Shown: positions 26,892-41,266, numbered from the whole stretch's first letter. The stretch is DNA of 63,492 bases, filler included, from Collodictyon triciliatum (GCA_043381765.1; 4 parts of 4 records of this genome joined end to end with filler, not necessarily neighbours in it); one strand, 5' to 3'. Notes: generated by a model not told the origin, from the sequence alone. A program made the numbers and translations.

Positions 26892-27497
26892 AGCCCGGTC
26901 GTTGGCGGACAAGCCTACTTCATCACAAATGGTGAGCCACGCAAGTTCTGGGGCTTCCTCGGCGAAATCCAGACACGCATGGGGTAACCATTCTAAAAAC
27001 TCACGAAGCTTCTCGATACCTTGCACCACCCGTTTCCTCACCAACCTATCCCCAGCTTTGGCTTGTGTGCGATACAACTTAACCCTGTGCCGTTCCGCTA
27101 GATACAACGCTCCATCTATCTCCCTGCCTACCCCTATTGCCTTCGGCTACGGCTATGTTTCCGAGGCCATCTACAACGTCCTGAGCCTCTGCTCTACGCG
27201 AGTGAGTCATCATCTCCATCCTCCGATACCACGCACGCTAGCGAAAATCATGCCTGCTTTCCTTGTCTTCTTCTCTTGCCCTCCAGCAACTCTGATTCAC
27301 ACCCACACGCCACACAGAGGACAAACTTCAAGCCTAAAATCACCCGCTACATCGCCGCCAACGTCACGACCCACCACTACTTCAGCATCGACAAGGCACG
27401 CCGTGAGCTGGGCTACAACCCGAGTCTTGGCCTGGAGGCGGCTCTGGAGCTGACGCTTAAATCCTATGCCCACGAGGTAAACCCACAGCGACAATAG
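26892..27497 (+). CDS. NSDHL-like sterol-4-alpha-carboxylate 3-dehydrogenase / 3-beta-HSD family, last three exons
   Basis: VGGQAYFITNGEPRKFWGFL, GYNAPSISLP, and THHYFSIDKARRELGYNP...*. Confidence 0.88.
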
Positions 27498-27530
27498 ACG
27501 CTCGCCGCATCCGAACCCTCGTCAGGAAGG

Positions 27531-27739
27531 AGAAGGCAAGCGGGCGATTACACTCTGGATTCTGTGCGCTAGCTTGCTTCCTATGCGGACAATATAAACT
27601 ACATATGCACTGCTTTCATCAGAGCCCATGAGCTTTGCCCAATTGTTGGCAGTTGTGGTTTGGTTGGGACGCCATCCGGCATAGTCCCGTGTCCAGGAAG
27701 GTTGGGTATGAGTCAGGTGTATCTTTTTATCGCGCGTTT
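27531..27739. repeat. About 210-bp direct repeat, copy 2 (3' flank of the NSDHL-like gene)
   Basis: Matches 25132-25340 and runs into a gap. Confidence 0.95.
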
Positions 27740-28593
27740 NNNNNNNNNNNNNNNNNNNNNNNNNNNNNNNNNNNNNNNNNNNNNNNNNNNNNNNNNNNNN
27801 NNNNNNNNNNNNNNNNNNNNNNNNNNNNNNNNNNNNNNNNNNNNNNNNNNNNNNNNNNNNNNNNNNNNNNNNNNNNNNNNNNNNNNNNNNNNNNNNNNNN
27901 NNNNNNNNNNNNNNNNNNNNNNNNNNNNNNNNNNNNNNNNNNNNNNNNNNNNNNNNNNNNNNNNNNNNNNNNNNNNNNNNNNNNNNNNNNNNNNNNNNNN
28001 NNNNNNNNNNNNNNNNNNNNNNNNNNNNNNNNNNNNNNNNNNNNNNNNNNNNNNNNNNNNNNNNNNNNNNNNNNNNNNNNNNNNNNNNNNNNNNNNNNNN
28101 NNNNNNNNNNNNNNNNNNNNNNNNNNNNNNNNNNNNNNNNNNNNNNNNNNNNNNNNNNNNNNNNNNNNNNNNNNNNNNNNNNNNNNNNNNNNNNNNNNNN
28201 NNNNNNNNNNNNNNNNNNNNNNNNNNNNNNNNNNNNNNNNNNNNNNNNNNNNNNNNNNNNNNNNNNNNNNNNNNNNNNNNNNNNNNNNNNNNNNNNNNNN
28301 NNNNNNNNNNNNNNNNNNNNNNNNNNNNNNNNNNNNNNNNNNNNNNNNNNNNNNNNNNNNNNNNNNNNNNNNNNNNNNNNNNNNNNNNNNNNNNNNNNNN
28401 NNNNNNNNNNNNNNNNNNNNNNNNNNNNNNNNNNNNNNNNNNNNNNNNNNNNNNNNNNNNNNNNNNNNNNNNNNNNNNNNNNNNNNNNNNNNNNNNNNNN
28501 NNNNNNNNNNNNNNNNNNNNNNNNNNNNNNNNGCCTGCTTTCTTGTTTATTTGTTTCTTTTTGTTGTTTTTCTCTTTGGTTTTTTNNNNNTTG

Positions 28594-28624
<31 letters not shown>

Positions 28625-28736
28625 TTATTTTTCTTGCTTTAAGTGAGGCGTTTATTGAAAAGGGGCTCGCTGGTATGATGAATATTTTTGAGGGTAGGTG
28701 TGAGGAAAGGAAGAGGTAAAATACTAGTTGACTTAC

Positions 28737-28763
28737 TGCGGTCTTTGCTCTGGTCTGCTTCAT
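28737..28763 (-). CDS. Possible short first coding exon (MKQTRAKTA|gtaagt), perhaps of Sec61-beta
   Basis: ATG, nine codons and a perfect donor, pointing into the 27740-28532 gap. Confidence 0.35.
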
Positions 28764-29054
28764 TCTTTCCTTTTGAAGAGAGTACGGACGCTTTCAGGTG
28801 ACGACTCGCGAAATTGACTGCAGTCCAAAGTGTTATGTTAAAGCGAGGAAAAGAAAAAGAACGGAGGAATTGTGTTATATCGGTCTTCTAAGAGAAAGAA
28901 AAAAAACAGTGAAAGCTTGAGATACAAAGGAAACAATTCATTTAGAAGAGAGCGCCCGACTATGCTCCAGCGCATTTTTTATGGCTGGCGGTTCTAGAAC
29001 TTTGCGGATCACTTCCACTCAATCATTCCGGTTCAAAATCGAACTCTGCTGGGC

Positions 29055-29089
<35 letters not shown>

Positions 29090-30024
29090 AGTAGCATGTA
29101 TTGTGTTGTTGTCTTTGTTGGCCCGAAAGGACGCTTTCTGGCTGCTGCTTGGAATACACCTCTAAGAGCCTGATTGGATTCCACTGATCCCAAGCATGAC
29201 TGCCTCCAAACCCTTGGCCCACAAAGCGATTGGGCACAACCGGTCTGGCGTGACTTGGAATCCTCTTCTTTTCATTGTCGGAAAAGAACGAATGGATATT
29301 CACTTCTGCCCGCCTCAAAAGCCTCCCTGTCGTTTGGAGACCGATCGCCACTCCCCTCCGCTCGGCCGGCTCTCGCAAATCAAAGTTCAAAGCAGATTGA
29401 TGTCCTCGCAGATACATCCTTCTTTTCCATGCGCCTTGGCTGGATTCGGTTTGTCCAAATATTCCATAAATGGACTATTTTATGTATATTTCAATATATA
29501 TATGCATTTATGGGGATATGTTCTGAAACTTTATGGTGTAGAACATTATCCGAATAAGGTGTTGTGTGTTGAATGTAGTTCCGTACCAAACCCACGGCAC
29601 CGACCACAGTCGCATTCCTGGAATTTACACCATTCGGCAGTGTTCCAGTCCCAGTTGGGGAAGAAAAGGGTTGGTGCAATCTTTACTTTTATCTTTTTTT
29701 CAGAGAGGGAGGGTGAAAGGAGGGCGGTGTTGCTGGGAGTAGCGAGAAAAGAGAATAAATCCGGTTTTTTTGCGTTGTGAAAAATAAGGAAATATAAAGA
29801 GTCAAGTGTGAATCCAAGAAGTAATGGGTTGGGAGCGAAAAAAAAGGGGAAAAAAATTAAAATAAAAAAAAAGGGGGATGCAAGGGCGATTGATGGAAAT
29901 GCAAACACTTTGGTTTGAGTTGCAAGGCAAGGTTGGTGGCCACGACCGGGAATCCAGGACATTGGGTTGTTGGACGTGATTTTGTTTGGGTGGCTGACTT
30001 TGAAAGCGGAATTGAAGTTTGGCA

Positions 30025-30180
30025 AAAGAAAAAAGAAAAAAAGAAAAAAAGAAGAAAAGAAGAAAAGAAAGAAAAGAAAAAAAGAAAAAAAGAAAAAAAG
30101 AAAAAAAAGAAAAAAAAGAAAAAAAAGAAAAAAAAGAAGAAAAAGAAAAAAAAGAAAAAAAAGAAAAAAAAGAAAAAAAC
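30025..30180. repeat. (GAAAAAAAA)n-like A-rich repeat
   Basis: Visible low-complexity run. Confidence 0.9.
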
Positions 30181-31098
30181 AGGGAAGATAAAAGATGGAC
30201 AAGGGTGATATCTCTGGGAGTTAGGCGAATTCAGTTTTCGAAATATGCGTGCGAACAGCAATCTGACGATTGATGACGAGCTTTCTGTTGCGGCTGTGAT
30301 GAACAAGGAGAAGGCCTTGTGGATTGATGTTGTCTGGCCTTGCAAAAAAAGCCGGATGTGTGCGCAGGGACGTTGCGAGGGTTTCGTATGAAAGGATATG
30401 AAGAGGAGTGGCATGTCCGCTGCTACGGCATCTGCAAGACACAACCATACAATTGTAGCGAAGGCTTTTGGCTTTGGCTGCGGTGGTGGTTGCGGAAACG
30501 GGAGTCTTAGCCGAGGCGTCGTCATGCGCGGGATACGCGAGCTCATTGGAGTGTGGTTCGCAGGCGTTTTCAATGAAGGGATGATGTGGCGGTGAATGTG
30601 ATTGAGGAGGAGGAGCTGTTTGGGGCCTGCTCGTGCTGTGTTGGTCGGAAGTGGACCGGGTAGGCGGGAATGAAGAGAATGAAATTTGATCAAGAGAAAA
30701 AAAATATGTAGAAGACACTAACACAAAAGAAACAGACAAGGAGGGAAGAAAAAGGAAAAAAAAAAAAAAGGAAGGGAGGAAATATGTGTGTCTTCTGTTT
30801 GGTCATGGGATGTGAGGAGGGTGACTTGAAAAGAAGTTGTGGAATCGAAACGAGGAATCGTATATAAGTCGAAGACAAAGAAAGACAAAACAGAGATCAA
30901 AGGATAAAAAGAAAATCGGTGGAACGGGGTGTAGCTGTGTGTAAGGACGGGTCACAATGTGACGAGAAGCGTGTCCTATTCTGATTTGCAGAAAATATGT
31001 CAATAAACCGAGGCAAAATTCGAATCAGTTCATAACATACGATGAAATAAAATAATACCCCTTTTGGTGACCCGAATCGCCTTATTCTTTAAGGCTGG

Positions 31099-34000
31099 TT
31101 ACTTCTGCGAGGACGTCCCAGTTTGATGAGCTTGGGGGCCCTTTGCTGCAGCAGCGTAGGACCTTTTTTCCATAGAAGACGCTTTCTGCTCTTCAGTTTC
31201 AGGTTTCTCCTTTTTGGGTTTTGCCGCTGCGGTTGCTTCAGTGCTTGACGGTGTGTTGGTTTGTGCAAGAGTAGAGGCTTTCAGAGCTGGGCTTTCAGTT
31301 CCTTTTGTCGTGAGTATGCTGGTTGTTGTGTTGGCGGGTGGACTATCTGATGATGGCTTCAAGAAAATCTGCATTTCAAGAGGCTCCTGTGGCTTATTGT
31401 GCTTCTGGGTGTGGCGGTCCTGTCCGCTCTCCCTTCGACCTGTGCGACGGAATGAAGCTTGTTCTTGGTTATACGTTTGTCTGTCGGTTGAGTTTCCAGC
31501 TTCGGTAGCAGCCTTCTGGTGAGAGGAGAGCGTGTTTGATACGATCTCCTTTGGGGAATCAGACTTGTCTTTCCCTTTTGTGTTGCTGTTCCATGTCGAT
31601 GATTTTGGCTTCAGACTATATATATCGTTGGTTGATTATTCCTGAGAGCTGGGCATGTCAGCCATTTGATTCAGATAATTTAAAGAAAACTGTAATACAC
31701 AAATTGGAAAGAAATGTGATAATAGAAAAGAACGAAAGATGAGGTGTTGCTTACTCCTTGGGTGCATCTGATTTTTGAACAACAAGGTTAGTCACAGGGG
31801 ATTCGAGCACAATGTTCTGGACAGCCTCCAAGGTCTGAGATTCAGGTTTGACTGGGACGGAAATATTTGAAATAATATCAAACCTTGATTTTTTTTTATC
31901 AATCTCAACGTAAAAATATTCAAGCTATTTTCAAGTTCTCCAAGGATATTAGGTATAGATTGAAAAAAAAAAGTAAGTATATTATTGATTTTCTTTTCTC
32001 TCTGCGTATATTACCAGCTTTGTTCCCAGAGTTGGTCGGGCTTTGGACTGCTTTGGAGCTGGAAGCACTCGGAAGGGGAGGGAAGTCATCTGGTTGCAGA
32101 CGGGGTGCTTGAAATGAAATAGTAAAATTTATTCTACAAACTTAACAACAATCTAACAGTCAAAAAGAGTTCAATTATTTTGCATATATAGTCCTTTGCT
32201 GTACCTGGACGAGAGTGATATTCTGAACCGCCAGAATGATACTGGTCGTAGCCAGGTTTCCTTCCTTTCTTCTTCCGGATTTTAGTTCCATCACCGTAAC
32301 TGTGTCCAGTGTAAGCTGATTCAATTGATTTGTTATGGGGCCTATGTGCCTGGTGCGATGCAGGGTCACTGATGGTGAGTGTTGCAGCTGGGTGCGTGTT
32401 GCCATCAGTTTCGATTTTATCGATTGAGTGCGGCCGGTTTGAATGAGGGGACTCCTGTGTTTCTGAGCCAGCAGGTCTTTCTTCTAATGAAAATCAAGGA
32501 ACAACTGAATCAGATATTAATTTCAGCAACATCATAATTTGAAATGGGTTTCTCTGGAACAGTTGTACACTTTGACTGAAGGTATTTTATGTTGAGAGTG
32601 ATTTCCTTTTATTAGCACATGATGTGATGGTTATAAAAGTACGTTGTGAAGGGTCTGAGTGAATTGTGATCGAGCTTTCGATATTGGCTGCCAGGTTTTG
32701 AACCAAATCGCCAACTTCATGGCCTTGGTCATCTAAATACCAAAAGAGATAACTTAAACCAAGAATTACATCAATACGATATCAGATGGACTTAAAAAAG
32801 TGTAAAAAAAAAAAAAATTGAGACAAATGAAAAGGCCAACCTTCTGGCTTTTGGTAATCTCTCCTCCCTTTACCCTTGTAAGGTCTTCCTCCAGGGTACG
32901 ATTTTTGGTGATATCGGTATTGTTGGTTGTATGTAGGTTCATACCCACCATACCTAAGGGAGAAAAGTGAGGAAGCAAAACTAATGCAAAGAACAATATG
33001 CGAATGGGCAAAAAGGTGTAGCTAATCGCGAAGTAAATTAGGATGAGGAGCCCATAACTAGAGCAAATGCTTACGCATAGTGTGTGATGGGACCAGGTCT
33101 CCATGGCGCTGTCACTGAATAGTACCCATAGGGCTGTTGTACATAAGGCTGAGCTATAGCGTACGGCTTGGGGTCGACGACTTCGGGAAAGATTCTGTTG
33201 CATGCAAATGAAATGCAGGATGAGAAAATGCTCCAGTAACCTTGTAGTGTCGATATTTAAAGGGCATGATGCACTTTGATTTGAATATAGTCGGCAAGTG
33301 ACACATACGTGCTTTGGGAGATAGGAGATGTGACGCTTTGTGAGTCTAGCTTGAGACGAACATTAACAGGGCGCCCATCAAGGGAATAACCTTTCAAGAA
33401 TTCAAAGGCATAAAAAGCGTCATCTTCACTTTCAAATTCAACCACCCATGAATCGTTGACTTCTGGACGCACATTGAAGGAACTGGAGATTTTTGCAGAA
33501 GATACAAGCTTTTCTACCGCCTGCTTGACCATGGCACAACATGATATGAAACATATCGGTATAGGCAAAACAAAAAAAAATTAAGAAAAAAACAGGAATT
33601 GTAATATGGGTCTATGTTCGAATGTGAGAGGGCATGTTCAAACAAACCTCTTTATTGTAGCTAATGGGGAGGTCGCGTATGTTGAGAATTGTTCTGCGGA
33701 ACTGAATACTCGGCCGAACTCTCATAGATTTTTCATCAACGACAAGGTGCGGGGAGGACTACATTATGGTGTTATCTTAGTAAATGTGATAAGGTTGTTC
33801 TAAAAGAAAAAGAAACTAAGTTGTTTTTTTCTTTAATTTTGAATGGATGAATTTATTTAAACTCAAAAATACACCTTCATGACTTGGACGATGGTATTGA
33901 TATCATAGTTGTAACTTTGGACTTTCTTGAAATTTGCAATGACAGAGATTGGGACGAAAAGGTCTCTGTCCATCTGGGAGGTAAGATAGCTGTCGTTGGA

Positions 34001-34774
34001 GAGATTTTGCCAAGAAAAGTAAAACTCAATTTGTTTGATAAGGGATTCAACGACCTGTTGGTTTTCTTTGGAAAAAACAGTAAGTTAGGCTATCTAAATC
34101 GGGTCTTCAAACATTGGTATAATGTACAATTGCACGTGTGTTAAATAGGGGATATCACTTGATAAGCACTGAAACTGAACTTGTTACATTACATGTACGC
34201 ATTTATGGCTGGTTCCAAAAAATAAAAATAAAAAGACATATGATTATTCGTAAGAGTGTTAAGTAAGCTGAGGTACCAGTGCGCATGTATGGGGCTGCAT
34301 AATTGTAGGGATACGCGATGGCATATGGAGGGGGATACAATGGAGCTGGTGGTGGAACAAAACCGCGTGGTTGTGAAAATTCACGGTAATATGGTGATAT
34401 TTGAGGAGAGTATGGCACACCTCCAGGCTTGCAGATTTGAGATAGAAAGAATGTTTAGTGGATATTTATTCAGTGGACATATCGAAGGCCCTGCTGTTTG
34501 ATTTTATGATGATATTTTGACTAATACATTTCAGGTCGTTTTGACAAAGAGTCACAAGGTGAACTACCAACCAAAGTCAAAATATCGACCCGGTGGTGTA
34601 TTCATTTGCCTTGAAAAATGGAAAGACAGGACGCCTTACCATGACTGGTGCTGCCATAGGAACCGGGAGAGAGTCGGGCGAAGCTTGCAAAAACGATCCT
34701 TGTGACACTTCTGATTCTACGTGTGTTTGTGCTTGCGAGTGAAGAGGTGAATCTGAGGCTCCTTGGCTGGCCAT
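31099..34774 (-). CDS. La-related protein, LARP4-like (La motif + RRM), multi-exon
   Basis: La motif LIKQIEFYFSWQNLSNDSYLTSQMD...VPISVIANFKKV, linker SSPHLVVDEKSMRVRP...TILNIRDLP, RRM NDSWVVEFESEDDAFYAFEFLKG...VNVRLK, and a later DDFPPLP motif. Confidence 0.85.
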
Positions 34775-35693
34775 GATGTGTCCGAAATAAAGGCTGTCGG
34801 TTTGCTCTGTGATAAAAGGGCGGTTTTCATAGTTCCGTGAGTTGAAGACTGGGCGAAAAGTAGGCGAGATATTGGACAGAAGATATCCACCGTCGTAGCC
34901 TCACTATTTAAACTACCGATTGAAGCATGAGTCGGACGGGTCTAGTATACCGCAAAGCTCGCGTATGGTTGCGTTTTGATCAAGCGATGGAAGCACAGAA
35001 TATTCAGAATATTTTTCACTCTATACAAGTCTCCGTAGCAAAAAAAAAAAAAAAATACGATCAAGTTGCTTACAACAACAACAACAAAACAAAAAGAATA
35101 AAGAAGGAAATGAAGGAATTGGGATGGCTGTGCGCAGCTTTGCTTCACTTTGTGATCACGATCACAAAAGATTCTGATTTACCAGTTTTCTATGGAATGG
35201 ATGGAAAAAAAAACTGAGGAAAGAAACGAGAGAACGTCTTCGTCCTTCTGCTTATCATTTTGGCCAGGGCTTTAGTGTGATCGGATATTTGCCATTGGAT
35301 GTATATGACCTGTCCCTCTCTGTCGCTTTCCCTTGTCTTTGCCTGAATACAACTCGACCGAGACGCAAACATACCCACGGATCGTCCTTCCGCCCGCTTT
35401 CGCAGCTCACGCCATCGGGAAAAATCGCCTTTGTGGTTTTGTTTGAGGAATCATCGCCATTCTTTTTCTTTTTTTTTTTTCTTTCTTTCTTGCTTTCCGG
35501 CTGCGTGTGTTCGTGTGTGGATCGCTTGTGCCTTTTGCAAATAGAACTGTTCCTTGAATGTTCGAGTAATTCCACACTTGGGTTAATTGGCCACATTGAT
35601 TTTCTCAAACTTTTGTGGAATAAGGGTCGAGGGCACAGCTCGCTACAGCCTGTATCTCAATCGCGATTTTTATTCCAGAGTTTCGTGTGCTGC

Positions 35694-38600
35694 CTACGAG
35701 AGAAACATCGACCTCTCGCGAAGCCCCCTTAGTCCACTTGCTTTCCAGTCGCTGGCCGAAATCCAAGAATCATATGCCTGCATTGACAATAATTATATCA
35801 ATATCCTACAAATGACTCGTTGTTTATGACGTTGAAATTAAAGATAATAAAGGGGAGGGAAAAATAGGGGTGGTGATTGTATACCAGTTCCATTCCGCTG
35901 ATGACACATCCACCCTTCCAACACAGATACCGAGGGTCGTAAATCCGTGGCGGAGGAATAACTTCAACACGATCAGCTTCGCTGGGAAACAAATCAGAAT
36001 CGTGTATTCTATATCAAGAATAATAAAAAAAAATTAAAATTTTTTGAGGGACATGTACGAGAGGAAAAGAAGGAAAAAAAGAGGGACTCGTGGAAGTAGC
36101 AATCGAGGTGCCTCAGGTATGATTATCCATGGCATATCTACCGCTGCGCAAGCATTTCGTATATTCCTGGAATCTTTGCACCGCAACCAACAAGCATGAT
36201 GTTCCTAAAGAAAGACCTCCTCGCCTCTGTGCGTGCTATGGGGATATTATAGTGTAAGTATTAATGAAGCTCTTTCATCGGTCGGGAACATGACAGTGGT
36301 TATCGGTTGCTTGTATTTTGACTTTGTTTTACTCACAAATCCCTCTGATGCTGTGCACTATGGCCACATCTAGTGGCATAACTTTCCCACATATGTCTGT
36401 ATTGAGATAAAGACCCTCAAGTTATAGGGCATCAACATTACAAAAATATCACATGTGCATTTTGTTCAATATGTAAGATATCAATTGACTACATGGTTCT
36501 CTCTCTGTGATTTCAACAAGGTCGTCTCGGTCTATTCCTAGTTTCTTCTTTTCCTTGCTCACTCCTTCAACCTGTCTCTTGCTTTCCATTTTTTGCTCTG
36601 GTAAAAGTTCACCAGTCCTTTTTCGAGATTTCCTCCCATTGGCTTGCACGGAATCTAGCCCAGCTGATGTAGTGAAAGATATAAATAAATCATAAAGTAT
36701 AAATTATGAATTTATAATCGTTCAACAGGTCTACGCATCCGCAGCTTTTCTTATTTTTTGGCACTTTACTCTAAGATGCAAGTGTAAAATGCATATACTT
36801 AATATAAAAAAATAGAAGCAAAAGCAACCAACGGAAGCCATTATAGATGTTGATAAGGCTGAAGTGCTTGTTTCTGCGAGCAACATATCGTCACAGGTGT
36901 CTTCAGGGTCAGAGGCACCGTCAATATCTGACAACTGCTTGTTTATGAAGCCAAGCTCATTGTAGAACAAAACCTATTTGAAATTTTGGGTCATCTAAAG
37001 AGGAATATATTTTTCATGTGTCCCATTGACAATATGATAAAAAAAAAACTGAAAGAAAGACAATCTATTTTCAAGCATAAGGCGTGGAAATTTCTAAAAT
37101 GATGAACGCAGCATCGAATGGAGAAATAAGAGAGAAGGAATGAAGGTAAGTAACTAAAACGGGCTGAAAATACGCGTGACGATATGATATGATTATTCTT
37201 ATAAATAAAAAAAAACCATGGGTGTCCTCATCTGAAGCTCATTAACCGTGTATTTTTCCGTTTTGATGATTTTCTGATTGGCGTTCTTGACAAAGAATTG
37301 AACGATACCTGTAGAAGAAACTGGGGACTGTGAAAAGAAATTAAGAGATTTAGAAATTGATTTGATTTGTGATATCATATAAAAGTTTATTTAAGAATGA
37401 TTCAGTACACACCCTGGAAAGGTCTCCAAATTTTTCTATCACCTCTCTACGCATAATATAGTCCTGGAAATATGAAATGCTAACAATTAGAATCATACAC
37501 TATTATCTGTATTGAATTTTATCTTGCGTAAAGTTGCAATAAATAATTTCAGAAAATATGTACACTCATGCTCAAGGATGGGCGAGGCTGTGAAGTCCCC
37601 TGTAACTGTGGCTGACTGTGTTCCAGAAATGAGACAGCATCGGCAATTCCATAAGGCATATGAATTCTAGTATTTGGTAGACTTAAAGTTGTATCTTTAT
37701 AAAAAAATGTTATTATTTTGGTTCCTATGTTCTCCTTTGTTTTTATTTATTGATGTATTTACTTATTATTTGTTTGTTTGTTTATTTGTTTGTTTATTTG
37801 TTTATTTATTTTGTATATCTATTTTGTTGTCGTATACCACATAGGTATATAAGGTTCTGCACTCTCTAGATTCTGAGTTAATGGTTTGAGAATGCCTTTT
37901 TCGAAAGTTGGATGCAAAGCTTTGTAAGCTATTATATTCAATTATATATATAATGAATGAAGGGGAAATGATTAACAAAAATCATACTTTGAATACATGT
38001 ATGGAATCGCATCTTCAATGCAACATATAGAAGTTTTCTGGTCTCCTATGTCGACAATACAGCATTGCGTGATTCCTGCTCCGAATGCTGTAGATAGCGA
38101 ACTCTGTAATTTTCGTTGGTTATTTTGTCAGACTATCTAATAAAAATATATATAAAAAAAAAGAGAGAGATGAGGTATAACTTTGTAGTAGGGAACCTTC
38201 AACAGAAAACTTACAATCGTGACGAAAACAGAATTAAAATTCATGGTATCAAGCAGCATGTTGACAAACAACTTAATGTCTTTCCATGAGAAAACGTCGG
38301 GCACAACAATAACCACAGAATATTCCTTTTCAAAAATGTGTAAAATTAATCGATTACAGTGATTTATTATGTAAATGCCTAAGTGTATAATTAGATCGTT
38401 ATTTTTTTTTTTTTACATGCTTGATTCTGTTTTTTTTTTATATTTTATTATTCGTACCTTATAGTCATCTTCGGTCACCGAAAGGTCCCTCTTAAGTGCA
38501 TACGATATGATTTTTCGCTGGCTTTCCATCACGGATGATTTTGGTAAGTGGAGTGTGGTGTCAGTATGAAATATTGGATGACTTTGATTTCCGTCATTGA

Positions 38601-39610
38601 TTGTCCCTCGCCTCATAGGGTGTACGATAGCATACAGTTCTGGTTGAGGAATCCGATAGACCTATACATTTCCATGTGAAATAATTCATTTGTAACAAAT
38701 AAGGAAACAAAATAAAATCTGGTATAACCAAATTAAACTTGAAATAATATATTATTCGAGTTAATTAAGTATAAAAATATTATGTCCTGATACAAAATTA
38801 TTAAAGTATAAAGTTATATTTTATTTTCGTAATCACGCATTTATGTTGAATCGTTACTTCGCTTCCAATGATTGTATCATGCGATTTTATTGTCAGCATA
38901 TCAATATCGATGATATCGTCAAGAGTCTCTCGAGGCTATAATATATGTTTTTCACTTTTGAATACAGTAATGTAAAAATAACAGTAGCAGTCGAAATATT
39001 TTATATAGGAATCAAATCATATAAACATAAGAAAGGAACAATCATGTCTTTTAATTTCGAAAGTTCATATCCCATCAGTATCGAGTTGATGTTGACTGCA
39101 TAAGCACAAACCGCAAGTTCTCGAGCCCATTTTTTTTTGAAAAAGTTGCTGAACTCACCCATGGCTTCGTTGTATTCTTTGATACTCTCTTCTGTTTTGA
39201 GATTAAACTATGCGAAAAAAATAAAGATTTTTCTCACAAAAATAACTAAAATTTTCATTTGTCATAGTAGAATGATAAAAAATAATAATTGGGTGATGAT
39301 TATTATCTACTGAAAATATATCAGAACATGATGTAAATATCAATAGTCAGTCTTTCCTAGTCGCGGTGGAGAATTGTACAAACTTATATACTATTGGTAT
39401 GTAAAAAAAAAAAAAAAAAAAAAAGGGTGAGCCTTAAGGATCAAGTTCTCTTACTGTAGGGCGTCTTGATAAGCCTGTACTGCTCGTACCAGTTGTTTTT
39501 CGTCGATATGCAATAATATTTGGGATCTCAAAAGGCTCCGACTGATTCATTAACCCGTAGTAAAGGAGACTAGAGCCAGGTTGAAGCACAATAACCTTAG
39601 AGGGATCCAT
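35694..39610 (-). CDS. ARP8: Actin-related protein 8 (INO80 complex), multi-exon
   Basis: MDPSKVIVLQPGS...EIPNIIAYR, HPMRRGTIN, VIVVPDVF, STAFGAGITQCCIVDIGDQKTSICCIED, DPRYLCWKGG, and C-terminus WISASDWKASGLRGLRERSMFLS*. Confidence 0.88.
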
Positions 39611-40147
39611 GCCTCACTGTCCTGATATGAGTTATGTAAATGAGGAATCGATGCGTCAGTAAGGAAGAGGAGGGACGCAAAATAAGATAAAATTGAAAGC
39701 AGAAAAGCAGAACCCCATGAAGAGGAATATATTAGAACAGTCTTTTAATCAGAGGACGACACGTTCGGCTGTATGATCAGCATGGTTGTCCTCTCTGCCG
39801 CAAAACTGAAAGAGTCATCTCTAAAGGCTTATTAGGATGCACTTTCCTCCTGAATTATTCTTTTTTTTCTTTTCTTTTCTTTTGTTTTTGTCTGCATTTG
39901 TTGTTTTCGTTTTTCTGGTTGATTTGATGGCAAAGGTTTAACCAAAGCGCCTCAGCTCGAAGTTCCAAGTAAAAGATTATGTCGGTTGTCGCGATATGTT
40001 TGCTGCCAGCATTCAAATAATTAAAAAAATATATTTTTTTTTATTTCTTTTCTCTTTTTTGACTATCATTTTTCTCAAAAAAAAAAAAAAAGAGTTTATA
40101 TCGGACAGGCAATGAAGGTCGATTGAACATCCATAAGTCTGTGATGG

Positions 40148-41266
40148 TTAGTCTTGTGCTTCGTCATTCTCGTTTTGTGCGTCGTCATCATCTGCGATGG
40201 ATATGGCGTATAAGCCAGGCACCTGGTTTGCTGGTTTATTTGTGTGTGGAAAAAAAAGTCATGATTTAGCTTTGTGCAAGCGCCCTTTCTGTAAAGACTG
40301 TATATTTCAAAGGATGTCTTTATATTTGGTTAGAAAAATAAGTGGTTCAATGACCCTTTTTTTTCTTTTATCATTCATAATCAGTCTGCAAATACACATA
40401 TTTTATCATATTAAGCTATAGCGGCTATATCGGATACAATCGATTTGAATAAAACCCAGGTCTTGCCACTTAGCAACCCAGCTCTCTGTCGGACGAATCA
40501 TGGCAATCAAGCTAATGTCAGATTGAACGAGACAACGATGACCCTCATGAGTAGAAAGTAAATGATGCCATCACAAAAGGTATTAAATCGAGAGAGAAAA
40601 GGAAAAGGAAAAAAAGGCAGCTAGAAACAAACAAACAAACAAACAAACAAACAAACAAACAAACAAACAAACAAACAAACAAACAAACAAACAAACAAAC
40701 AAACAAACAAATAAGAAATTATTTTAGAATGTAAACTTGACGTAAATGCATGATTACCCATCGTATCGCTTGGTAATTTTTTGTTTGAGTTCCGATCTAC
40801 TTCCTTTCCAACCGCAATTGTCACAACCTTGCGACTCAAAGGCCTTTCTTGGTTTCACCAGATAGCAACCTCGACAGGCGTGCAGTGTGTTCAAGTTTTC
40901 CCTTGTAACTGCAAATGGAAGACAAAATGCTGTATCCAGCCAAGGTTTGAAGGAAGTGATACAGTTAGATTGCAACAAATATCATTTTCACCTCATAATG
41001 TATTCGCTCATATCTTAAATATGAGTCATATATAAAAAAAAATTGGTAAGTATGATAAAAGTAAAAGAAATTTTAACTGACATTGCATGTAATTAATCAA
41101 ACAGAGGAGATGATGCTTCTTTTTTATTTTATTTATTTTATTTTATTTTGTTAATCTCCTTAACATTTCCTTATGCAAAATGAAAAGCTTTCGAGGGTGA
41201 AGGTTCACAACCAATAGAAAGGGCAACATAACCCAGATTCGGTGACTTACAAACATTTTCCGACAT
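40148..41266 (-). CDS. SPT4: Transcription elongation factor Spt4 (DSIF), four exons
   Basis: LHACRGCYLVK...FESQGCDNC zinc finger, YDGLIAMIRPTESWVAKWQ, VPGLYAISI. Confidence 0.92.
40625..40710. repeat. (CAAA)n intronic microsatellite
   Basis: Perfect tetranucleotide run. Confidence 0.97.

Noticed and set aside
29857..30739. Poly-K/poly-F ORFs (also near 10000, 14600, 20800, 43000 and 44000)
   Set aside because: Products of simple-sequence repeats, with no domain content.
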